Assembly: GCA_044222185.1 (NCBI GenBank)
Contig: JBGANV010000001.1
Coordinates: 1,024,001-1,088,000, forward strand
Reading direction: 5' to 3'
DNA from: Planctomycetota bacterium
GTDB lineage: Bacteria > Planctomycetota > GCA-002687715 > CAIWVZ01
DNA length: 64,000 nucleotides
Shown here: positions 56,910-64,000 of the stretch, piece by piece
How positions within the stretch are numbered: position 1 is the stretch's first letter
Layout of the letters: each line of letters begins with the position of its first letter
Program-made: the position numbers and the translations under genes
The notes under the pieces: model-generated
Database searches by the model: none
Told to the model about the DNA's origin: nothing
Seen by the model: only the letters and a program-made list of their open reading frames with translations

Positions 56910-57170
56910 TCACTTCCGCGCGTCGAGCTTGTCTTCGATGCGGTCGAGGCGCTTCTCGATGCCAGCGAAGTCCTCGCGCCACTTCTCGCGCGCCGCCTCG
57001 ATGAACATCGGCCTGAACACGAAGAGTGTCAGGGTCCCGATCGAGATCAGGATGGCGGCGAGTGACCCGAGCTGAGTCAGGGCCGGGCGCGGCTTCGATG
57101 GCGTCCGCGGCGTCTCCCGTCCGAGCTCAGCGTCGATGTGGAACGCATGGTTGGATCCGGCGTGGTTCAC
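56910..57170 (-). CDS. Single-TM coiled-coil protein (holin/XhlA-like topology)
   Basis: TM LGSLAAILISIGTLTLFVF then IEKRLDRIEDKLD; GTGA overlap with the upstream gene. Confidence 0.7.
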   Translation of the reverse strand: MNHAGSNHAFHIDAELGRETPRTPSKPRPALTQLGSLAAILISIGTLTLFVFRPMFIEAAREKWREDFAGIEKRLDRIEDKLDARK

Positions 57171-57526
57171 GAGTCGTAGGCCTCCACGAGAATGCTCACG
57201 TCGGCGACCGAGAAAACCTTGATTGCGACGTAGCGGAACCTCGCTTGCATCCGGATCTCGACGAATGCGTGACCTGGTGCGACGAAGAACCCAGCAGCCG
57301 GGATGACCTGACCGGACGCAACGGGCGTGTTCGGCGTCACAGGATTCGGCTGGTCGGACGTCAGAACCGAGAGGCCGGCCGTCGCCGTGGAACTCGGCGA
57401 GATGCGCAGCGTGTTGAACGACTCGCCGAAGTCGAGCGTCTTGTTGGTCGCGCCGCCGCACTCACTGCTGCCGATCGTGTACGTCAGGAGTCCGGATCGC
57501 CCGAGACAGCACCGCTTGTCAGCCAT
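57167..57526 (-). CDS. Hypothetical phage protein
   Basis: GAGGGAAGG RBS; coupled to the downstream gene. Confidence 0.7.
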   Translation of the reverse strand: MADKRCCLGRSGLLTYTIGSSECGGATNKTLDFGESFNTLRISPSSTATAGLSVLTSDQPNPVTPNTPVASGQVIPAAGFFVAPGHAFVEIRMQARFRYVAIKVFSVADVSILVEAYDS

Positions 57527-57586
57527 GACCTTCCCTCGTTGGTCCACGCGTGCGCCGCGAGCCTACTCGCACCCGATCTCAACGCG

Positions 57587-58660
57587 TCAGAGCGACGCCT
57601 GCACAGTGTTCCCGGCGCCACTGGCACCACCGGTTGCGCCGACACCGGCTCCACCCGCACTCCCCGCGCCGCCAAAGCTCTCGGCGCCGACAGCCGTGAG
57701 AAGGTTGATCGTCGTGATGCGCCCACCGCTGCCGCCGGTGCCACCGTCGCCACCGATGCCGGTCCCCGTTGCGTTGCCCCCGACGCCGCCGGCACCTCCG
57801 GATGCGTCGAGTGCGTTCGTGGCCGTCGAGCCCGAGAGGCTGCCGTAGACGATGTAGATGACCCCACCGCCACCGCCGCCCCCGGCTCCGCCTCCGCCGC
57901 GATTGCCGCCGGCGGGGACACCGCCCGCGGCGCCGGTGCCGCCCTTGGCCGCGATGGCTCCAGCGGCCGTGGAACCGCTGCGATTGATCGCGCGAGCGTA
58001 GAGCATGATCATTCCGCCGCTCGCCCCGCCGCCGCCTCCACCGCCGCCAGCGGTCCCGTCGCCGCCTCCGCCACTACCGCCGCGACCACCGCAGCCGGAC
58101 AAGATTGCGGTGCCGCTGCGCATGAGCAGAGGCACAACGCGGCGCACCGACAGCGCATTCGAGACAGCTCCGCCCGCGCCAGATGCACCGCCGGCGTTCG
58201 CGCCAGCCGTGCCGCCCTTGCCGGAGGCTCCGCCGGATCCGCCATTGCCCGGACTCGCGGCGCTCGGGCCGGACGCCGTGCTTCCCGCGGCGGTGCCGCC
58301 GGCTGCTCCGGACGTGCCGCCGTTCGAGGCGCCGCATGTTCCACCGCTGCCAGACGTCGCGCCCGAGGCGCCGCCGCTCGTGCCGCTCGCCGCCGTCCCG
58401 TTGGCGCCGTTGAAGTCGATGGCGCCAGCCGGCGCGCTTGAGATGTCGAGCGTCCCGGAGACGAAGACCATGTAGCCCGACGTGGCGAGCTTGCCGGTCC
58501 CGTTGATCGTCAGGTTCCGATAGTACCTGTCGCGCGTGAGCGTCGTGGTTCCCGCGCTGATCGTGACGTCGCCGTCCGAGCCATCCCCGAAGTACGTGAC
58601 GACGTCAGCCGGGTTGTCGACCTTGCCGGAAACCGTGAGTGCCGGGGATCCCATGCTCAT
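57587..58660 (-). CDS. Glycine-rich phage tail fibre/adhesin-like protein
   Basis: YFGDGSDGDVTIS…YYRNLTI N-terminal motif; GGxGG tracts; GGGGGVIYIVY. Confidence 0.78.
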   Translation of the reverse strand: MSMGSPALTVSGKVDNPADVVTYFGDGSDGDVTISAGTTTLTRDRYYRNLTINGTGKLATSGYMVFVSGTLDISSAPAGAIDFNGANGTAASGTSGGASGATSGSGGTCGASNGGTSGAAGGTAAGSTASGPSAASPGNGGSGGASGKGGTAGANAGGASGAGGAVSNALSVRRVVPLLMRSGTAILSGCGGRGGSGGGGDGTAGGGGGGGGASGGMIMLYARAINRSGSTAAGAIAAKGGTGAAGGVPAGGNRGGGGAGGGGGGGVIYIVYGSLSGSTATNALDASGGAGGVGGNATGTGIGGDGGTGGSGGRITTINLLTAVGAESFGGAGSAGGAGVGATGGASGAGNTVQASL

Positions 58661-58989
58661 GCGATGGACACTCCGAAGGCCTGGAACGTGAGATTCGCCG
58701 TCGAGCCGTAGACCCGGATCTTGTCCGTTGCGGCGAGGGCGATGCCGAGCGTGATCGGGTACGGCCTGTTCGCCCCGATCGTCTCGTCGTAGCAGATGAA
58801 TTGGATCGGGTCGCTCGCGGCTCCGCCGACCGCAACGGCCACGCGGAAGGTGGCATCCGTGCTGCCGCGATTGCAGACGATGATCGTTGAGATCACGTAC
58901 TCGGTGGACGCTGGGACAGTCAGCAGGTCCGTGTCGGTCGTCGCGCTCGGGGCGACCTGCCCAAGCACCTTGCGAGTCTCCGTCGCCAT
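58657..58989 (-). CDS. Small phage tail-associated beta-sandwich protein
   Basis: KVLGQVAPSATT…LLTVP…STIIVCN…ATFRVAV…AFG pattern recalled from tailed-phage tail modules; coupled at both ends. Confidence 0.72.
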   Translation of the reverse strand: MATETRKVLGQVAPSATTDTDLLTVPASTEYVISTIIVCNRGSTDATFRVAVAVGGAASDPIQFICYDETIGANRPYPITLGIALAATDKIRVYGSTANLTFQAFGVSIA

Positions 58990-59783
58990 CACATCCCTCC
59001 CATCAGGAAGTGCGCCGCGTAGGTCGGCGCTGAGGAGCCACCGCCCGACAGCCCTGTCACCGTCGCGGAGCCGAAATCCCAGTTCCCCTGCGGCTTGTGG
59101 GTGACCGTGACGTTCCCGTTGCCGGCGACTGCCCCGACCTTGAGATCAACGGACCCGGAGCCGCTCGAAACCTTCGACAGGACCGAGCCCGAGAGGGACG
59201 CCCGGAAGATGCGGAACGACGTGGCGTCCGCGTCGACGACGTACCAGTTGCCGGACCCGTCTTTCACGCCGAATGCCTTCCCGCTCGGGAAGTCTGATGT
59301 GCTCGGCGTGGGCTTCACCTTGGGGCAGATTCGTACCGGGACGCCCGTCACGGGCGCAGCCTCGGTCATCGCGGAGACGAGGTTCACGGTGTCGTTCCCG
59401 GTGATCGTGGAGATCGCGTACCCGGGTCGTGCGACGCCATCGAGGACGTACAGGACTCCCCCGCCAACCGCGTCGTTCGCGAGCTTGGGGAAACCGACCT
59501 TCACGGCGCTGGTCGTGGATCCAGCCTTCGTGGACCCGTAGACGATCCCCGCCGTCTCGCGCGCGGGATCCTCGAGTCCGAGCCAGCGGAGGACTGCGTC
59601 CATCTCGCGCTGCAGACGCTGAGGCAGCATCGTCGGCTGACTGGTGTCGGTCGTGTCGAGCGTGACCGACGAGCCAGAAGCGAGAGCCGCCACGATCTCC
59701 TCGCGCGGGCCGATCGCGAACAGCTTCCCTTCCAGGTCGCGAACGATCGTGGTGTCGGCATTCGGTCCGATGGCAGTCGACAT
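58989..59783 (-). CDS. Hypothetical phage tail protein
   Basis: TGATG overlaps at both ends; Thr/Ser/Gly-rich. Confidence 0.7.
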   Translation of the reverse strand: MSTAIGPNADTTIVRDLEGKLFAIGPREEIVAALASGSSVTLDTTDTSQPTMLPQRLQREMDAVLRWLGLEDPARETAGIVYGSTKAGSTTSAVKVGFPKLANDAVGGGVLYVLDGVARPGYAISTITGNDTVNLVSAMTEAAPVTGVPVRICPKVKPTPSTSDFPSGKAFGVKDGSGNWYVVDADATSFRIFRASLSGSVLSKVSSGSGSVDLKVGAVAGNGNVTVTHKPQGNWDFGSATVTGLSGGGSSAPTYAAHFLMGGM

Positions 59784-62590
59784 CACCAGGCCCCCGCGAA
59801 GTCGTAGCTCGATGCGGTCGAGTGGTTCGCCTGGTTGTCCTTCGACGGCAGGCGCAGCTTCGGCAGGATCGACCGACCTCCCGGCTCGTACACGACCTCG
59901 GCACACATGCCCGTCGGCGTCTCACCGAGCTGCGAGCCAGCCAGACACTTTGGCAGCTCGCCGAGCTTCTGGGTGAGTGCCAACAGGTCCTCCACCTTGC
60001 TCGCGATCGAGACGCCCATCTTCTCGTAGACCTCGAATGCGAGGTCCTGGATCGGGGACTTCGAGTCGAAGTCGAACACGACGGAGTCCGACTGGAAGTC
60101 GAGCGTCACCTGCGTCACCGCGCCCCAGAATCCCAGCACCATCGACGACTGCGTCTGCGGCGCGAGCGACGTGCTGAGGCTCGCATGGATCGCAAGGTCG
60201 ATGAAGACCCCGCGCTCCTTCACGCCCGGCATCGTCACGGAGCCGCGCTGGTGGGCCTTCGAGAAGGCGTTCCAGAACCGCTCGACCATGGCGGTGTAGT
60301 CGGCGTCCTGGTTGTCCTCGGTCCAGTTCGGAGTGGTCACCGCCCACTCGCGCGCGAGGCCGAAGCGCTCGAAGGCGACGCCGGCGAATCCAGACGCCGG
60401 GTACCGCGCGGTGCGCATCGTGGTCGTCGTGCGTTCGTACTCGACCTGGATGAGCCGAGGCGGCTGGTATCCGGACGGGCACGGCGCGGCCGCCGGCGTG
60501 CGCGTGTAGAAGCTGTTGCGGCGATAGACCTGGAAACTGCCTGGGCCGCCGCCGGCGACCTGGACCCATGGGCCGGCCGGATTCTGATTCCGCGAGGGGT
60601 AGCCCATCTGCGAGGTCATCGCGGCAACGCGTCGGAAGTTCCCGGTGCCGTCGTCCACCTGGAGCTTCAGCGGGGTGCAGACCGACACGTGCGGCGAGCT
60701 CGACGCGTCGAACCGGATCGTGGTCCCCGTGAACGACCACTTTCGACCCACTTCCCACCGCGCGTTGTTCTCCGCCGGCAGCGCGTTGATGGACCCCACG
60801 TTCTGGAACCGCATGTTCTGCGTGATCGCCACGCGGTCCTCGGTGGCGGATGGATCGTTCACCGGCTTGAACGTCGGAGAGTCCGTCAGGAACTGCCCCG
60901 CCGACACGTCGAGCGTGAGTCGGAACCCGGGCGTCCCGTCGCCAGCGTCCGCCACGTTCGTGGACGCACGGATCCGGTAGACCCGGTCGAGCGACCGTGA
61001 GTCAGCCCCGTTGATCGTCCAGACCCACAGGACGCAGCCCTTCCACTCGTCGTTGACGTGGTCAGAGCCGAATGCGCTGTCCGAGTAACGGATCCAGATC
61101 CGATCGAACGTGCCGTCGTTGTCGATCTTGTAGACCCGACACCCGTTCGAGTTGCCGTCGGCGTTCTTCGATCCGAAGTCCGACTCCCGGTCCTTGTCCT
61201 TGTCCTTCCAGGCGGAGTTGAACCCGCTCTTCCAGCCAGGCTGCAACGCGCCGGCCGCGAGGTCGGTCGAGTTCCACGCGACGGTCTCGGAAGTCGTCTT
61301 CTGGTAGACGCTGTAGAACTTCACCGCCGAGTAGACGCGGTCGAGGTCGAGTCCGATCTTCGGGTCGCCCTTCGGGCAGTTGTCGAGGTTCAGAGTGAGC
61401 GTGGGCAGCGCGTTCCCGTCGATCGGGACGATCCGAGAGCCCGACCCGAAGCCGCCGCCACCCGTGGGCGAGAACTCGTAGAAGCGCAGCTCCGAGCCCA
61501 CGATCGCCTGCACCGTTCGCTCGAGGTTGAGCGCCGGGTTTCCGGACGAGTAGATGCGCACTCGGTTGCCGGTCACGCCAGGCGAGGCGCTGAAGAGGCT
61601 CGGATCGACGACGGAGACCTTCGAGCCGTAGGGGCCGGCGCCCGTAGCGATCGACGTGGTGGTCGTCGTGGACGTCGACTTCACGGTCAGGCCCGTGCGC
61701 AGGAGGCGCCACTGCGTCGTGCGGTGGTCGACGACGAGCCGCATGTCCGGGGCCCACTGGAGGACCTGCTGGACGAGCTCACGGAAGCCGATGTTCTCGG
61801 CGACGATCGCTGGCGGGATGAATGTGAGGCTTGCCAGATCGGCGGACGCGAAGATCGAGGCGGCCGTCGCGTTGTCGATCGCACCCTCGGTGACGAGCTT
61901 CGAGTAGTACCGCGAGTCGAGGTACTCGAGGATCTCCTTCACCGTCATCTTCGAGGCCGCAGTCGTGGCCTCGCCGGTCGACCACGGCGTCCCGGTGCCA
62001 GGGGCCGTGATCTTGATCGAGTAGAACCAGTCGGCGTTGTCGAGATCGACGTTGAACGCGATCTTCGGGATGGTGATGCCGCCCGACGTGTCGCGCTCCG
62101 CTCGGATGTCGTTCGCCTTCCAGGCGCCGTCCTTGCAGACGATCTTCAGGCCGCCTTCCGGCGTCGAATCCACCGAGGCGATGAAGCCGTAGAAGATCCG
62201 GAGCTGGCCTGTCGACTGCTGGTTCAGGTGCCAGCTCGCGCACACGACCGACGAATCCGCGTCCGGCCGATCGGCGAACAGCTCCACCTTGTCGTTCGGG
62301 CCGAGCTGGATCGCTCCAGCCGGGTCGTTCAGCCAGGCCTTCCGCCCGGTGAGCGCGAGGTTGAGCTGCTTCCCCGTGTCGTAGGAGTGATCCATCGACA
62401 CGAGTTCCAGGTACTGCTTGTCGTTCTGGAGGGTCGTTCCCGGCGGGGACGCGCCCGCGCGGATGGCGTTGTCGTACCGCCTCCCTGATGTGACGTCCGG
62501 ATCGCTCGCGGACCCGTCCTGGAACACGTAGATCGTGCCCGCTGGAGCCGCCGAGCGGAACTTGATCTTGATGTTCTGGAGGCGGGACAC
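59783..62590 (-). CDS. Large tail tip / baseplate hub-like protein
   Basis: 935 aa; IFYGFIASV…IVCKD hub-like segment; second gene after the tape-measure-like gene. Confidence 0.65.
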   Translation of the reverse strand: MSRLQNIKIKFRSAAPAGTIYVFQDGSASDPDVTSGRRYDNAIRAGASPPGTTLQNDKQYLELVSMDHSYDTGKQLNLALTGRKAWLNDPAGAIQLGPNDKVELFADRPDADSSVVCASWHLNQQSTGQLRIFYGFIASVDSTPEGGLKIVCKDGAWKANDIRAERDTSGGITIPKIAFNVDLDNADWFYSIKITAPGTGTPWSTGEATTAASKMTVKEILEYLDSRYYSKLVTEGAIDNATAASIFASADLASLTFIPPAIVAENIGFRELVQQVLQWAPDMRLVVDHRTTQWRLLRTGLTVKSTSTTTTTSIATGAGPYGSKVSVVDPSLFSASPGVTGNRVRIYSSGNPALNLERTVQAIVGSELRFYEFSPTGGGGFGSGSRIVPIDGNALPTLTLNLDNCPKGDPKIGLDLDRVYSAVKFYSVYQKTTSETVAWNSTDLAAGALQPGWKSGFNSAWKDKDKDRESDFGSKNADGNSNGCRVYKIDNDGTFDRIWIRYSDSAFGSDHVNDEWKGCVLWVWTINGADSRSLDRVYRIRASTNVADAGDGTPGFRLTLDVSAGQFLTDSPTFKPVNDPSATEDRVAITQNMRFQNVGSINALPAENNARWEVGRKWSFTGTTIRFDASSSPHVSVCTPLKLQVDDGTGNFRRVAAMTSQMGYPSRNQNPAGPWVQVAGGGPGSFQVYRRNSFYTRTPAAAPCPSGYQPPRLIQVEYERTTTTMRTARYPASGFAGVAFERFGLAREWAVTTPNWTEDNQDADYTAMVERFWNAFSKAHQRGSVTMPGVKERGVFIDLAIHASLSTSLAPQTQSSMVLGFWGAVTQVTLDFQSDSVVFDFDSKSPIQDLAFEVYEKMGVSIASKVEDLLALTQKLGELPKCLAGSQLGETPTGMCAEVVYEPGGRSILPKLRLPSKDNQANHSTASSYDFAGAW

Positions 62591-62591
62591 C

Positions 62592-63263
62592 TCAGATCCA
62601 CTCCGGCGCTTCCACGCTCATGAACTTGAACTCGACTTCCTTCACCCCCTGGTTCGACCCGGGATCGATCCCCTCCAGCTGCGTGTCCGTCAGCAGGTAG
62701 GCGTTGCGCAGGAACCACGTCGGCTCGAACACGACGGCGCCCGCGGCATAGCCGTAGGTGCTCGCCACGATCGGGATGGTCGTGCTGCTGCCTGAACCGG
62801 ACGTCGTGAGGATCTCGTAGGACGTGCCGTCGGTGATGAACCAGTGTTCGCCGGACGCGAACGTGGGCGCCGGCGAGTTGATGTCGATCGACGTCGCCCC
62901 GGCGGCGATGAGCGTGGTCAGCGAATGCAGATTGGACGAATCGCTGAGCACGGCCAGGACGCCATCGGTCCCGTAGACGGTCGACGGCACGTACCCGCGC
63001 ACGCCGACGACGTTGATCAGGAACTGGAGCTTGCGCTGCATGAACTGATCTGCCGTCTCCGCGCCAGCGAAGCCGCGGACCAGTGCGCCCTGGGCATCCA
63101 CCTCGTAGTGGCTGCGGCCGCCGCGGTCAATGATCGCCCCGCGGTTGCCGTAGAGCGGCGACACGACTTCTGGATCGTCGCCTTTCGCGCGGATCCGCTC
63201 CGGGCCCTGGAGCACGTCGCCGAGGCGGAGCGTCTTGAAGTAGCCGATGCGGTCGTTCGCCAT
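62592..63263 (-). CDS. Hypothetical phage protein (distal-tail position)
   Basis: Lies directly after the tape-measure-like gene with 1-3 nt gene spacing. Confidence 0.65.
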   Translation of the reverse strand: MANDRIGYFKTLRLGDVLQGPERIRAKGDDPEVVSPLYGNRGAIIDRGGRSHYEVDAQGALVRGFAGAETADQFMQRKLQFLINVVGVRGYVPSTVYGTDGVLAVLSDSSNLHSLTTLIAAGATSIDINSPAPTFASGEHWFITDGTSYEILTTSGSGSSTTIPIVASTYGYAAGAVVFEPTWFLRNAYLLTDTQLEGIDPGSNQGVKEVEFKFMSVEAPEWI

Positions 63264-63266
63264 AGG

Positions 63267-64000
63267 TCACCTGCTCACCGAGGACGCGACCTTCTCCAGG
63301 GCCTTTGTGATGGCGTCGAGCGCCTTCTTCTGCTCCTTGATGTCGTCGACGCTGGTCTTGATGGCGTCTGACGCCGCGTCGAGCGCCTTGCGAGTCGCCT
63401 CGAACGCCTCCGCGGTCGCCGCCTTTTCCTTCTCGATCGTGTCGAGGAAGGTCTTCTCGGCCTCCGCGCGAGCCGCCTCCGCCTTCGCGCTCTCCGCGAA
63501 GAACGTGTCTGTGGCATCCTTGAATAGTGCGGCGGCGCCGACCTCCTTCTCCGCCTGTTGGTTCAGAGCCTGCTTCAGGAGCGCTCCGCCGTTTGCCGCC
63601 AGGTCGTCCGATGACTGACCCTGTGTTGCATCCCGAAGGCTGTTGAACCGCTCCTTCTCGGCACCCTTCCGGACCTTCTTGATCGCCTTGAAGACGTTGA
63701 GCGGAAGACCACCGCCTGGTTCGAGGCCACCACCGAGTCCAGCGAGCTGATCTGCGCGACCCTTGATCTGCTGTTCGATCTGCCCGACCGCTTCGAGGTG
63801 CTTCTGGAGGATCGAATCCGTCGACGACTTGTACGCCTCTTGGATCTTGGCCAACCCCTCCTCGCGCTTCTTTGCGAACGAGTTCTCGGCATCGAGCAGA
63901 CGGTTGAACCGGGACTCCAGTTCGTTCTCGCGGCGGCGCCGCTCGTTGAGGGCGCCTTCAGCGGCTTCGAGGCGCTGCGTGCGCTCGTGCAGGATGCTCT
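63267..64000 (-). CDS. C-terminal part of a tape-measure-like coiled-coil protein (starts beyond window)
   Basis: Frame open from 63998 to the stop at 63267; Ala/Glu/Lys-rich helical sequence. Confidence 0.65.
   Translation of the reverse strand, partial: SILHERTQRLEAAEGALNERRRRENELESRFNRLLDAENSFAKKREEGLAKIQEAYKSSTDSILQKHLEAVGQIEQQIKGRADQLAGLGGGLEPGGGLPLNVFKAIKKVRKGAEKERFNSLRDATQGQSSDDLAANGGALLKQALNQQAEKEVGAAALFKDATDTFFAESAKAEAARAEAEKTFLDTIEKEKAATAEAFEATRKALDAASDAIKTSVDDIKEQKKALDAITKALEKVASSVSR

Larger units (their letters stand above)
44040..64000. mobile_element. Probable prophage integrated at tRNA-Lys (right end outside window)
   Basis: tRNA-adjacent tyrosine integrase, lower-GC cargo, and a tightly coupled minus-strand operon with holin-like, glycine-rich tail and tape-measure-like genes; second att copy not in window. 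Confidence 0.85.

Overview
High-GC bacterial chromosome segment, most likely from a Planctomycetota lineage. This is inferred from the ECF/Ser-Thr kinase pair, the HEAT and FG-GAP proteins, and the many exported proteins with a shared C-terminal domain. Positions 1-44039 are host DNA. They carry housekeeping genes (pfkA, ahcY, smpB plus tmRNA, mnmG, lat) and five tRNAs (Leu-CAG, Arg-TCT, Arg-CCG, His-GTG, Lys-CTT). They also carry an RsbW/STAS-headed Mla/MCE transport operon followed by a strongly divergent SHMT, and a cluster of large secreted proteins. An ECF sigma factor sits next to a convergent membrane Ser/Thr kinase and two tandem LamG/glycine-rich paralogs. The kinase and both paralogs are each preceded by the same bipartite motif, GTCACG-N14-CTCTACG, a candidate ECF promoter defining a small regulon. 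From the 3' end of tRNA-Lys to the window end lies a probable prophage. It contains a tyrosine integrase, a lower-GC cargo block (membrane proteins, a HigA-HTH/M78 peptidase plus an unknown partner, an orphan ParA) and a CxxCH-bearing NHL protein. It continues with a putative glycoside hydrolase, a holin/lipoprotein cassette with no visible endolysin, and tail genes running off the right edge. All calls come from reading motifs by eye; no database searches were run.
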